From Chloroflexota bacterium (lineage in GTDB: Bacteria > Chloroflexota > Limnocylindria > Limnocylindrales > CSP1-4), in assembly GCA_037446495.1 (NCBI GenBank), contig JBBIIL010000010.1:1-60548 (forward strand): a DNA stretch of 60,548 bases. Reading direction: 5' to 3'. Each line of letters starts with the position of its first letter. Positions within the stretch are counted from its first letter, which is position 1. This document shows, piece after piece, positions 36,560-45,267 of the stretch. The translations under genes were made by a program, and so were the position numbers. The notes below the pieces were generated by a model. It was given only the letters and a program-made list of their open reading frames with translations. It was not told where the DNA came from and made no database searches.

Positions 36560-38228
36560 TGAGGCTCTCCTCATCCACCGCGGGCGCGGGCGCCGAGGCC
36601 ATGGACTCGAGGCCCATGACGCCGACGTAGACACCGTTGGTCATCATCAGCTCCTGGAGCCCGCGGCCCTCCGCGATGGGCCGGACGCCCTTGAAACGCT
36701 CGCGCAGGAAGCCTGTGAGTGCACGGTCGGCGATGGCCGCGTGCAGTGCGCCCGTCCCGGGCCCGTGGCCGTCCACGACGTGCGCACCGGGGGCCGGCTG
36801 GCCGGTGGCGGCGGTGTGCTGGTCCAGGCGCTCCGCCACGAGGCCCGCGACCCGGAAGGTGCAGAACGCGCCCTGGCAGGGTCCCATCCCGACGCGGGTC
36901 CCGCGCCGGACGTCGTCGATGCTGCACGGCCAGTGCGTGTCCAGGTAGGCGTCCACCATCCGGCGGGACACGATCTCGCACTCGCACAGGAGGTCGGCGT
37001 CGCCGCCGCCCTCCGCCTCGTGGTCAGCCAGGCGGTGGCCCAGCCAGTAGGTGTGGCCGGCCGCCTGGTTGGGGAGCACCTCGTGGGCGGTGGTGCACGG
37101 GGCGGTCACGCCCAGCTTGGAAGCCACGACATCCACGGTCTGCTCAGCCATGAGCCGGTGGGTCGTGAGCTTGCCGCCCACGATCGACACGAAGTTCTCG
37201 ACGCCCTGGTCCGCGTGGTCGATGATCGCGTGGGCCCGCGAGATCGAACGGTTGCCCACGCCCGGCACCGCGTCCGCAGGCGGCTGGTAGAGCGGACGCA
37301 CGCCGGCGTAGGCGCGCAGGATGCGCATCCGCGGCAGGTCCGGGAACATCTTCGTGCCCTCGGCGACGAGGCGGACGACCTCCTCCCGCGTGATCGCGTA
37401 GTTGTCGGGGTCCGGGACCTTGATGTCGGTCGTGCCAAGGATCGCCACAGTGTGGACGGGGACCATGATGTCGCCGTCACTCGAGCGGTGGCAGCGGTTG
37501 ACGACCGCGTCGGTCATGCGGTGGTTGTAGATGAGCATCGTGCCCTTGCCGGGCGTCATCTCCACCTTGACGTTGGCGAGCGCCGCGATCTGGCCGGCCC
37601 ATGCGCCCGCGGCTGACACGACGAACCTGGTCCACACGCGGGATACCGTTCCGGTGCGCTCGTCGCGCAGGGTGACCTCGGAGATCCGGTCCCCGATCCG
37701 CTCCATGCCGATGACGCGGTGATAGGTCAGGGCGGTGCTGCCGTGGAGCTTCGCGTCCGCGAGGGTGGACTCGATCAGCTGCCAGGGCTCGATGGAGCCG
37801 TCCGGGGTCCTGAAGGCGCGACGGATCCTCGGGTTGAGCGCTGGCTCCCTCGTCAGAAGGTCGGCGACCTTCACCTCGTCGAAGTCAACGCCGCTCTGCG
37901 TGCAGTTGTCGGCGAACGCCTCGACGTAGTCGTCGGGATCGTCGGGCGTGGCCACGAAGTAGCCGCCGGTGTCCTCGATGCTCGCGGGCGCGATCCGGCG
38001 CAGCACGCGGTTCTCATCGATGCACTCCCGGGCCGCGAGCTTGTCCTTGCCCACGTAGCGACCCCCGGAGTGGAGGAGTCCGTGGTAGCGGCCCGTCGTC
38101 CCGGTGCCGAAGTCGCCGCGCTCGACGAGCAGGGACTTGAGACCTCGTCGGGCCAGGTCCCGGAGGACCCCGGCGCCGGTGACGCCTCCTCCGATGACGA
38201 GGACGTCGACGGTGTGCGGCACCGCCAT
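36546..38228 (-). CDS. glpA: Anaerobic glycerol-3-phosphate dehydrogenase subunit A
   Basis: FAD motif DVLVIGGGVTGAG and C-terminal BFD-like 2Fe-2S strings CECEIV and GMGPCQGAFC. I prefer ATG 38228 (GAGG 8 nt upstream) over GTG 38237. Confidence 0.9.
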   Translation of the reverse strand: MAVPHTVDVLVIGGGVTGAGVLRDLARRGLKSLLVERGDFGTGTTGRYHGLLHSGGRYVGKDKLAARECIDENRVLRRIAPASIEDTGGYFVATPDDPDDYVEAFADNCTQSGVDFDEVKVADLLTREPALNPRIRRAFRTPDGSIEPWQLIESTLADAKLHGSTALTYHRVIGMERIGDRISEVTLRDERTGTVSRVWTRFVVSAAGAWAGQIAALANVKVEMTPGKGTMLIYNHRMTDAVVNRCHRSSDGDIMVPVHTVAILGTTDIKVPDPDNYAITREEVVRLVAEGTKMFPDLPRMRILRAYAGVRPLYQPPADAVPGVGNRSISRAHAIIDHADQGVENFVSIVGGKLTTHRLMAEQTVDVVASKLGVTAPCTTAHEVLPNQAAGHTYWLGHRLADHEAEGGGDADLLCECEIVSRRMVDAYLDTHWPCSIDDVRRGTRVGMGPCQGAFCTFRVAGLVAERLDQHTAATGQPAPGAHVVDGHGPGTGALHAAIADRALTGFLRERFKGVRPIAEGRGLQELMMTNGVYVGVMGLESMASAPAPAVDEESLNAAR

Positions 38229-38322
38229 GGTGGTCACCTCGCTGCGTGCCCGCGGGTCAACGCGCCCCGGGCTGCGTCATTCGCCGGACCCCGTCGCCCG
38301 ATGGCGACTGCCCGGCCTCACT

Positions 38323-38730
38323 CTAACCCTTGGGCAGGGAGGCGGCCCCCTCGGCTGCCTCCAGGACCTCGTCGAGGCTCGAGCCCGTGCTGGCCTGGAC
38401 GGCCGCGATCACGGCCCCCTCCACGATGGGCCCGCGGCTGAGGCGCACGTTGTCGGGGTTGCCGAGCAGCTCCAGCGCGGTCCTCGTGGCGAGCACGGCG
38501 CTGCCGAGGTCCGCGACGACCACGACGCCGGACCCCGCGTCCGCCTCGCCGATCGCGGCGGCGATGCGGGCGGCGTCCGTGCCGATGGCGCCGTCCTCCA
38601 TCCCGCCCGCGGGAACGATGCGCACGCCGGGCCCGGCCATCTGGCCCGCCAGCTCCGCCGTCCCATCGGCAATGCGGCTCGAGTGCGAGACCACGACGAG
38701 CCCGACGCAAGCGGCGGCTGCTGCGGTCAC
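38323..38730 (-). CDS. dhaM: PTS-dependent dihydroxyacetone kinase phosphotransferase subunit DhaM (EIIA-Man-like, single domain)
   Basis: VGLVVVSHS phospho-His motif and VVVADLGSA. Length is 135 aa. GGGAGGA lies upstream of the GTG. Confidence 0.85.
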   Translation of the reverse strand: MTAAAAACVGLVVVSHSSRIADGTAELAGQMAGPGVRIVPAGGMEDGAIGTDAARIAAAIGEADAGSGVVVVADLGSAVLATRTALELLGNPDNVRLSRGPIVEGAVIAAVQASTGSSLDEVLEAAEGAASLPKG

Positions 38731-38750
38731 GAGTTCCTCCCGCTCAAGTG

Positions 38751-38784
38751 ACAGCCCCGACGCCCGTTGGGGCGTCGGGGCTGT
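38751..38784 (-). other. Perfect 15-bp GC-rich stem-loop between glpK and dhaM
   Basis: ACAGCCCCGACGCCC-GTTG-GGGCGTCGGGGCTGT. Every position pairs and there is no flanking U-tract. It sits in the 77-nt glpK-dhaM spacer. Confidence 0.7.
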
Positions 38785-38807
38785 ACGGGTTCAGGTCCCG
38801 ACGAGGA

Positions 38808-40304
38808 CTAGTCGACCCAGGCGAAGGTCCGCGTGACGGCCTTCTTCCACTGGGCGTACTCCTTGTCGCGGAGCTCGGCCGACATGGCCGGGCTCCACTC
38901 GGCGCCGCGCGCCCAGTTCGCGCGCAGGTCCTCGACCTCGGCCCAGTAGCCGACCGCGAGGCCGGCGGCGTAGGCCGCCCCCAGCGCCGTCGTCTCGGCG
39001 ACGACCGGCCGGATGACCGGGACGCCGAGGACGTCGGACTGGAACTGCATGAGCAGGTTGTTGAACACCATTCCGCCGTCGACCTTGAGGGCCGTGAGCG
39101 GAACGCCGGAGTCGGCGTTCATGGCGTCCAGGACTTCGCGGGTCTGCCAGGCGGTCGCCTCGAGGACGGCGCGCCCGATGTGGCCCTTGGTCACGTAGCG
39201 GGTGAGGCCGGCGATGACGCCGCGCGCGTCGCCCTTCCAGTACGGGGCGAACAGGCCCGAGAACGCCGGCACGAAGTACACGCCACCGTTGTCCTCGACC
39301 GTGGCCGCGAGGGCCTCGATGTCGGAGCTCTGCTCGATCATGCCCAGGTTGTCGCGCAGCCACTGCACGAGGGCGCCGGTGATCGCGATCGAGCCCTCGA
39401 GGGCGTACACAGCCGGCTTGTTGCCGATCTTGTAGCCCAGGGTGGTGAGGAGGCCGCTCTTGGACGGGACGATCTTCTCGCCCGTGTTCATGAGCATGAA
39501 GCAGCCGGTGCCGTAGGTGTTCTTCGCCTCGCCGGCGGAGAAGCACGTCTGGCCGAAGAGGGCCGCCTGCTGGTCGCCGAGGTCGCCTGCGACCGGCACG
39601 CCGGCGAGGTCGCCGACGCACGTGCCGTAGACCTCCGAGGAAGCCTTGATCGCCGGGAGCATGGACTTCGGCACGCCCATGATGCCCAGGATCTCGTCGT
39701 CCCAGTCGAGGGTCTCGAGGTTCATGAGCATGGTGCGGGAGGCGTTGGAGACGTCCGTGACATGCACGCCGCCATTGACGCCGCCGGTGAGGTTCCAGAT
39801 GCACCAGGTGTCCATGTTGCCGAACACCAGCTTGCCGGCCTCAGCCTTCTCGCGGGCGCCGGCGACGTTGTCCAGGATCCAGCGGATCTTGGGGCCCGAG
39901 AAGTAGGTGGCCAGCGGCAGGCCGACCTTCGCGCGGAAGCGGTCCTGGCCGCCGTCCTTGGCGAACTCGTTGACGAGGACGTCGGTGCGGGTGTCCTGCC
40001 ACACGATGGCGTTGAACACGGGCTGCCCGGTCGTCTTGTCCCAGACCAGCGCGGTCTCGCGCTGGTTGGTGATGCCGACGGCGGCGAGATCGGCAGCGGT
40101 GATGCCGGCCTTGGCCAGAGCGCCCCTGATGACTTCCTGGCTGCGTGCCCAGATCTCGTTCGCGTCGTGCTCGACCCACCCGGGCTTCGGGTAGATCTGC
40201 TCGTGCTCCTTCTGGTCGATCGCCACGACCGCTCCGGCGTGGTCGAAGATCATGAAGCGGGTGCTGGTGGTGCCCTGGTCGAGGGCTCCGACGTACTTGC
40301 TCAT
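38808..40304 (-). CDS. glpK: Glycerol kinase
   Basis: N-terminal [17 protein letters not shown] and FGGY-family strings throughout. Length is 498 aa. Confidence 0.97.
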   Translation of the reverse strand: MSKYVGALDQGTTSTRFMIFDHAGAVVAIDQKEHEQIYPKPGWVEHDANEIWARSQEVIRGALAKAGITAADLAAVGITNQRETALVWDKTTGQPVFNAIVWQDTRTDVLVNEFAKDGGQDRFRAKVGLPLATYFSGPKIRWILDNVAGAREKAEAGKLVFGNMDTWCIWNLTGGVNGGVHVTDVSNASRTMLMNLETLDWDDEILGIMGVPKSMLPAIKASSEVYGTCVGDLAGVPVAGDLGDQQAALFGQTCFSAGEAKNTYGTGCFMLMNTGEKIVPSKSGLLTTLGYKIGNKPAVYALEGSIAITGALVQWLRDNLGMIEQSSDIEALAATVEDNGGVYFVPAFSGLFAPYWKGDARGVIAGLTRYVTKGHIGRAVLEATAWQTREVLDAMNADSGVPLTALKVDGGMVFNNLLMQFQSDVLGVPVIRPVVAETTALGAAYAAGLAVGYWAEVEDLRANWARGAEWSPAMSAELRDKEYAQWKKAVTRTFAWVD

Positions 40305-40336
40305 GCGGATCTGTGCTCCCGTATGGTGCTTGGTGC

Positions 40337-40984
40337 CTACGCGCCGTAGAACGCGTCGGCTGCGGCCTTGAGCAGGAGATGCGAGGACGTCGCGCCCGGG
40401 TCCTGGTGACCCGCGCTGCGCTCTCCGAGGTAGCTTGCCCGGCCCTTGCGGGCGACGAGCGGGATGGTGGCGACCATGCCCTGCTCCGCGGCGGCGACCG
40501 CTGCATCGAGGGCGGCGGATGGGGTGTCCCCCCGGTCCAGGCCCACATGCAGCGCCTCGCGCGCCGGCAGCAGTGCATCCAGCATGGTCTTGTCGCCTGG
40601 CTCGGCCTTGCCCAGGCGCTGGATCCCGGCGATCCCGGCATCCAGGGCCGTGGCGAAGTCGGCCAGCTCGATCTCGGCCTTGCCGGCCGTTCCGCCCCCG
40701 AGTTGGAGGAACAGCGTGCCGTAGAGCGGCCCGCTCGCGCCACCCACCGTGGAGACGAGCGTCATCCCGACGCCCTTGAGGAGGGCGCCGACATCGCCAA
40801 CGGGCAGCGCGGGGAGCTTGGCCACCACGGCCGTGAAGCCCCGATCCATGTTGATGCCGTGGTCGGCATCCCCGATGGCGGAGTCCAGGTCCGTCAGGTG
40901 CTCCCTCTCGGCGTGCACCCGCTCGGCGACAAGCTTGACCCAGGCCACCACGTCGTCGTAGCTGATGCTTGACGCGGTGCTCAT
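40337..40984 (-). CDS. dhaL: Dihydroxyacetone kinase ADP-binding subunit DhaL
   Basis: Internal ATG at 40984 of ORF 40337..41491. Motifs [31 protein letters not shown] and [21 protein letters not shown]. Confidence 0.92.
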   Translation of the reverse strand: MSTASSISYDDVVAWVKLVAERVHAEREHLTDLDSAIGDADHGINMDRGFTAVVAKLPALPVGDVGALLKGVGMTLVSTVGGASGPLYGTLFLQLGGGTAGKAEIELADFATALDAGIAGIQRLGKAEPGDKTMLDALLPAREALHVGLDRGDTPSAALDAAVAAAEQGMVATIPLVARKGRASYLGERSAGHQDPGATSSHLLLKAAADAFYGA

Positions 40985-41019
40985 CGTGTTACGCCCCCTG
41001 CCGGTTGCGGGCTGCGAGG

Positions 41020-42018
41020 TCAGGCGCCCCAGCGAAGGCCGGGCGTGTTGACCGGGGCATCCCAGTACTTGGTGAGCTCGTCGTCGAGCCGGAGGAGGGT
41101 GATGGAGCAGCCGGCCATCTCGAGCGAGGTGATGTAGTTGCCGACCAGGCTGCGGATGATCGTCACGCCACGCGCCGCGCACATCTGCGCGAGCTTGTTG
41201 TAGACGATGTAGAGCTCGACGAGCGGGGTGCCGCCGAGGCCGTTGACGAAGGCGAGGACGTTGTCGCCCGCCGCGAACGGCAGGTCGTCCAGGATCGGGG
41301 TGGCGAGCATCTCGGTGATCTCGTCGGCCGTGGCGAGCTTCTCCCGGGACCGGCCCGGCTCGCCGTGGATCCCGACGCCGATCTCCATCTCGTCGTCCGC
41401 GATCTCGAACGTGGGCTTGCCGGCCATGGGCACCGTGCAGCTCGTGAGGGCCATGCCCATCGAGCGGACGTTGTCCTGGACCTTCTGGCACAGCGCCGTG
41501 ACGGTCGCGAGGTCAGCACCGGCCTCGGCGGCCGCGCCGACGATCTTCTCCGCGAGCACGGTGCCGCCGACGCCGCGCCGGCCGGCCGTGTACAGGGAGT
41601 CCTTCACCGCGACGTCATCGGCGATGACGACGGCCGTGACCTCGTGCCCCTCGGCACGCGCCATCTCGGCCGCCATCTCGAAGTTCATGATGTCGCCGGT
41701 GTAGTTCTTGACGATGTGCAGCACGCCCGCGCCGCTGTCCACGGCCTTGGTGGCCGCGAGCATCTGGTCCGGGACGGGCGAGGTGAACACAGCGCCCGGG
41801 CAGGCTGCGTCCAGCATGCCCATGCCGACGAAGCCGCCGTGCATCGGCTCGTGGCCCGAGCCGCCACCCGAGATCACGCCGACCTTGCCGGCGCGCGGGG
41901 CGTCCTTGCGGACGACGATGTTCGGCTCCTCGACCCGGATGTAGTCCGGGTGGGCGGCGAGCATCCCGGCGAGAGCCTCGTCGACGACGTTCTCGGGTGC
42001 GTTGATGAGCTTCTTCAT
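41020..42018 (-). CDS. dhaK: Dihydroxyacetone kinase DHA-binding subunit DhaK
   Basis: [24 protein letters not shown] and the Dak1 fold. Length is 332 aa. Confidence 0.95.
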   Translation of the reverse strand: MKKLINAPENVVDEALAGMLAAHPDYIRVEEPNIVVRKDAPRAGKVGVISGGGSGHEPMHGGFVGMGMLDAACPGAVFTSPVPDQMLAATKAVDSGAGVLHIVKNYTGDIMNFEMAAEMARAEGHEVTAVVIADDVAVKDSLYTAGRRGVGGTVLAEKIVGAAAEAGADLATVTALCQKVQDNVRSMGMALTSCTVPMAGKPTFEIADDEMEIGVGIHGEPGRSREKLATADEITEMLATPILDDLPFAAGDNVLAFVNGLGGTPLVELYIVYNKLAQMCAARGVTIIRSLVGNYITSLEMAGCSITLLRLDDELTKYWDAPVNTPGLRWGA

Positions 42019-42042
42019 GCACTCTCCCCATTCTGGTGGAGG

Positions 42043-42081
42043 GCTCGCCGCCGGGAACCGGAGGGAACCCCGGCGGCGAGC
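42043..42081 (-). other. 13-bp stem-loop between glpF and dhaK
   Basis: 42043-42055 pairs perfectly with 42069-42081 (GCTCGCCGCCGGG / CCCGGCGGCGAGC) around a 13-nt loop. It sits in the 91-nt spacer. Confidence 0.65.
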
Positions 42082-42109
42082 GGGACGTTCGTCAGCGACT
42101 GCGCGCTGG

Positions 42110-42874
42110 CTACATCTTCATGAAGTTGACCCAGACACCGTTGTAGACCAGCGCAGCCACGATGCCGCCCACAATCGGGCCGACGACCGGGACCCAGGAG
42201 TATTCCCAGTCCGAGCCGCCCTTGCCGGGGACCGGCAGGATCGCGTGGATGATGCGCGGGCCCAGGTCGCGGGCCGGGTTGATCGCGTACCCGGTCGTGC
42301 CGCCGAGCGACAGGCCGATCGAGAACACGAGGATGGCGACCGGCAGGGCGCCGAGGGCGGCCATGCCACCCTTGGCGATGTGGACGCCGTCGGCGGTGCC
42401 GTTGGTGCCGAACGCGAGGACGACGAACACCAGCACGAAGGTGCCGATGACCTCGGAGACGAAGTTGAGCGGGAGGTTGCGGATGTTCGGGCCCGTGGAG
42501 AAGACCGCGAGCTTGAGGCCCTGGTCCTCGGTGGCCTTGAAGTGATCCCAGTAGTGGATCGTGACGAGCGTCGCGCCGATCATCGCGCCGACGAACTCGC
42601 CGATGAGGTACTCGGGGACCTGCCCCCAGGTGATGCCACCGGTGACCGCGAGGCCGATCGTCACGGCCGGGTTCAGGTGGGCGCCGCTGATGGGGCCGGC
42701 CACGACCACGCCGACGAAGACGGCGAAGGCCCATGCCGCGGTGATGACGATCCAGCCCGCGTTGTTGGACTTGGACTTCGCGAGCAGCACGCCGGCCACC
42801 ACGCCGTCGCCGAGCAGGATCAGGAGCCCCGTCCCGAAGACCTCGGCCAAGAAGATGTTGGTATCCCAAACCAT
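42110..42874 (-). CDS. glpF: Glycerol uptake facilitator (MIP/aquaglyceroporin)
   Basis: Two NPA boxes (NPAVT, NPARD) and six hydrophobic helices. Length is 254 aa. Confidence 0.93.
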   Translation of the reverse strand: MVWDTNIFLAEVFGTGLLILLGDGVVAGVLLAKSKSNNAGWIVITAAWAFAVFVGVVVAGPISGAHLNPAVTIGLAVTGGITWGQVPEYLIGEFVGAMIGATLVTIHYWDHFKATEDQGLKLAVFSTGPNIRNLPLNFVSEVIGTFVLVFVVLAFGTNGTADGVHIAKGGMAALGALPVAILVFSIGLSLGGTTGYAINPARDLGPRIIHAILPVPGKGGSDWEYSWVPVVGPIVGGIVAALVYNGVWVNFMKM

Positions 42875-43089
42875 GTGCAGTCACTCCCTCTGGTGGAATC
42901 GGCCCCCACGGGGCCGGGGTTCCAGATCCCTCCGCCCGCGGGCTGCGCCGCATTCCTCGGGTGCGCGGCCGCCGCAGGTCGAATAGGTGCGAAGGTCCTC
43001 CGGTGGCTCCTCCTTTCGCAACCTCGCGGTGGGAACGCCGCAGCGATCAGACTGCGCGAAGACCCACCGCTGCAAGCGCGGATGGCCCG

Positions 43090-43135
43090 ACTCTAGAGGC
43101 GGAAGGCGCCAGTGAATCTCAAGAGAAAGTGAATC
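43090..43135 (-). promoter_or_regulatory. Putative activator-dependent promoter of the glpF operon: direct repeat GATTCACT-N9-GATTCACT plus -10 TAGAGT
   Basis: On the minus strand, GATTCACT lies at 43135-43128 and 43118-43111 (17-bp period). The proximal copy supplies GATTCA at the -35 position, 17 nt from TAGAGT (43095-43090). This is an AT-rich island in GC-rich DNA. Confidence 0.35.
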
Positions 43136-43236
43136 CGTCCCGCATCCTTTCCGCTACCCTCCGGCATGGGGACGGACGGCCCCTGAGCACAGGCCGGACG
43201 GCAGGTCGCGACGGCTCCGCCGGTTGGCCCGCGAGG

Positions 43237-44016
43237 CTACAGCCGCTGGGGCGCGAGCTCATCGCCGGGGCCGCCAGGAGCTCCTGGCGCCGGACCGTCG
43301 ACCCCGTTCTCCCCGAGGTCGCGCTGTGCGGTCGCCACGGCGTCGGCGAGGCAGCGGACGAGGATGGCGCTCGAGGCAGCACCGGGATCCAGGTGGCCGG
43401 CCGAGCGCTCCCCGAGGTAACTTGCGCGGCCCTTGCGGGCGACGAGCGGGATCGTGGCGACGGCACCGGCCTCCGCGGCCTCGGCGACACCCAGCATGAC
43501 GCTGTCGAGGGGCAGGTCCGTGGGCGCGCCCCGCAAGGCCTCGAGGGCCGGCACCAGCGTGTCGAGCATGGTCTTCTCGCCGGGGACCGCCCGGCCCAAG
43601 GCCGCGATCCCGCTGACCGCCCCGTCGAGGACCACCAGCGCGAGCCCTCGGGCGCCAGGGGTTGCCTCGCCCGCGCTGACGCGCATCCGCTCGCCAGCCG
43701 TCATGAGTGCCCGCCCGTACAGTGCGCCACTTGCCCCGCCGACCACGCCGAGGAGCCGCCGTCCGGCGGCCGTCAGCAGCGCGCCGACATCGTCACCCGG
43801 GCCGTCGGCAGCGTCGAGATCGGCCAAGACCGCCATCAGCCCGCGATCGAGATTGATGCCGTGATCGCCATCGCCGATCGCGGCGTCCAGCTCCGTGAGC
43901 CACAGGCGCCGTTCGTGGACCCTCGACGCGGCGCACCGCAGCCAGGCGTCCACGACGCGCGCCTGCGTCGCTGCGGTTTCGGCGTCGTGCGGCTGCGGAG
44001 GGCGCGGGTCAGTCAC
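43237..44016 (-). CDS. dhaL: Second DhaL-type (Dak2) ADP-binding subunit, no adjacent DhaK
   Basis: Internal GTG at 44016 of ORF 43237..44274 overlaps the dhaM2 end by 8 nt. Motifs LDAAIGDGDHGINLDRG, GGASGALYG, GEKTMLDTL and [21 protein letters not shown]. It has a C-terminal Gly/Pro tail of about 40 aa. Confidence 0.85.
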   Translation of the reverse strand: MTDPRPPQPHDAETAATQARVVDAWLRCAASRVHERRLWLTELDAAIGDGDHGINLDRGLMAVLADLDAADGPGDDVGALLTAAGRRLLGVVGGASGALYGRALMTAGERMRVSAGEATPGARGLALVVLDGAVSGIAALGRAVPGEKTMLDTLVPALEALRGAPTDLPLDSVMLGVAEAAEAGAVATIPLVARKGRASYLGERSAGHLDPGAASSAILVRCLADAVATAQRDLGENGVDGPAPGAPGGPGDELAPQRL

Positions 44017-44437
44017 GGGTTCGCTTCGGGACGGACGCGGCGCGCTCCGCAGCGTGTGCCACGGCCTCGAGGTCCACCCCGCCCGCGGCCACCACGGCGG
44101 CCAGGACGGCACCCTCGACGAACGGTGCCTCGGACACACGGATGTGTTCCCTCGCGGCGACATCCAGCTCGTCGAGCGCCACGTCGAGCGCCATCGACGC
44201 GCTGCCGAGGTCCAGCAGCACCAGCACCCCGTCGTCCGCGGTCCTGGCGAGGACGGACCGGAGTGCATCGGCAACGTCGAGGCCGTTCGTGCCGAGGCGT
44301 CCGTCGCCGAGACCCCCTGCCCCGGCCACCGGGACCGACGGAGCTGCCTGCGCGATCATCGCGACCAGGCCGCGCACCACGTCCTCGCTGTGCCCCACCA
44401 GCAGTAGACCGACCACCCTCACGCTCCGTCCGGCCAT
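44009..44437 (-). CDS. dhaM: Second DhaM-type EIIA-Man-like phosphotransferase subunit
   Basis: VGLLLVGHS phospho-His motif and VLVLLDLGSA. Length is 142 aa. It is a paralog of the gene at 38323..38730. Confidence 0.8.
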   Translation of the reverse strand: MAGRSVRVVGLLLVGHSEDVVRGLVAMIAQAAPSVPVAGAGGLGDGRLGTNGLDVADALRSVLARTADDGVLVLLDLGSASMALDVALDELDVAAREHIRVSEAPFVEGAVLAAVVAAGGVDLEAVAHAAERAASVPKRTRD

Positions 44438-44501
44438 CGTGTCATGGCGTCCCCTGCCGCTCGTGGGCGGCGGCCCGGCCCGCGCGGGCGACGCAGGGTC
44501 C

Positions 44502-44507
44502 TACACT
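44502..44507 (+). promoter_or_regulatory. Putative -10 box TACACT, 10 nt upstream of the DhaL-like gene
   Basis: TACACT at 44502-44507; ATG at 44518. It sits in the 80-bp divergent spacer shared with dhaM2. Confidence 0.3.
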
Positions 44508-44517
44508 ACGCTCGCCC

Positions 44518-45267
44518 ATGAGCCACCGCAGCGGCGACGATCCTCCCGCTCCCGAACCCGCCGCCGCGCCCGGTCCCAAGCCGGACGCCGGCCGGAGGCG
44601 CCACGCCGCGCCCGGGCCCGCGACCATCACGGGCACTGACCTGCTGGCGGTCATGGCCCGGGCCGAGCACCTGCTCCTCCGCAATCGCGTCCTGCTGGAC
44701 CGGCTGGACGCCGAGCTGGGCGATGGCGACCACGGCGAGAACATGAGCGTCGGCTTCGGCGACGCGGTTCGCGCCGCGGCTGCCGCGGCCGCGGGCGGCG
44801 ACATCGGGGATGTGGGCGACCTCCTGCGGCAGCTCGGCCACCTCCTGGTCGCGGGCGTCGGCGGCGCCGGCGGGTCGCTCTACGGGACGGCGTTCATCGA
44901 GGCCGGAATCGCCGTCGCTGGGCTTCCGGGCCTCGAGCCCGAGGACACCGCCCGGGCGTTGGACGCGGCCGCCGAGGGGCTCGCAAGGCGGGGCCGCTGT
45001 CGGCTGGGCGACAAGACGATCTACGATGCGCTGCGCCCGGCCGCGGACGCGTTCGCTGCGGCGCTGGCGACGGGGGCGGGCCAGGAGGCGGCAGTCGTGG
45101 CCGCGATCCACGCCGCGCGCGCTGGGATGCACGCGACGACGCCGCTCGTCGCCCGCCGGGGCCTGGCCCTCCGGCTCGGAGAGCGTTCCCGGGGCCACCA
45201 GGACCCGGGAGCCACGTCGTGCTACCTGCTGATGCGGTCCCTCCTCGCCACGGGCGGTCGACGCTGA
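44518..45267 (+). CDS. Divergent third DhaL-like (Dak2-domain) protein, first gene of a kinase/regulator operon
   Basis: Internal ATG at 44518 of ORF 42961..45267. Motifs LDAELGDGDHGENM, VGGAGGSLYG and GDKTIYDAL. The C-terminal motif is altered to ARRGLALRLGERSRGHQDPGA. It has a Pro/Ala-rich N-terminal extension. Confidence 0.8.
   Translation: MSHRSGDDPPAPEPAAAPGPKPDAGRRRHAAPGPATITGTDLLAVMARAEHLLLRNRVLLDRLDAELGDGDHGENMSVGFGDAVRAAAAAAAGGDIGDVGDLLRQLGHLLVAGVGGAGGSLYGTAFIEAGIAVAGLPGLEPEDTARALDAAAEGLARRGRCRLGDKTIYDALRPAADAFAAALATGAGQEAAVVAAIHAARAGMHATTPLVARRGLALRLGERSRGHQDPGATSCYLLMRSLLATGGRR

Noticed and set aside
42961-44517. Upstream 519 codons of the 768-aa plus-strand ORF that ends as the DhaL-like gene.
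   Set aside because: This part runs antisense through dhaL2 and dhaM2 and across the glpF promoter spacer. Only the last 249 codons (from ATG 44518, with a -10 box upstream) look like a real protein. Similar 5' over-extensions were trimmed for glmM, nnrD, alr, tsaE, rimI, tsaD, rsmA, ridA, the CorC-like gene, glpB/C, dhaL and nfnB.
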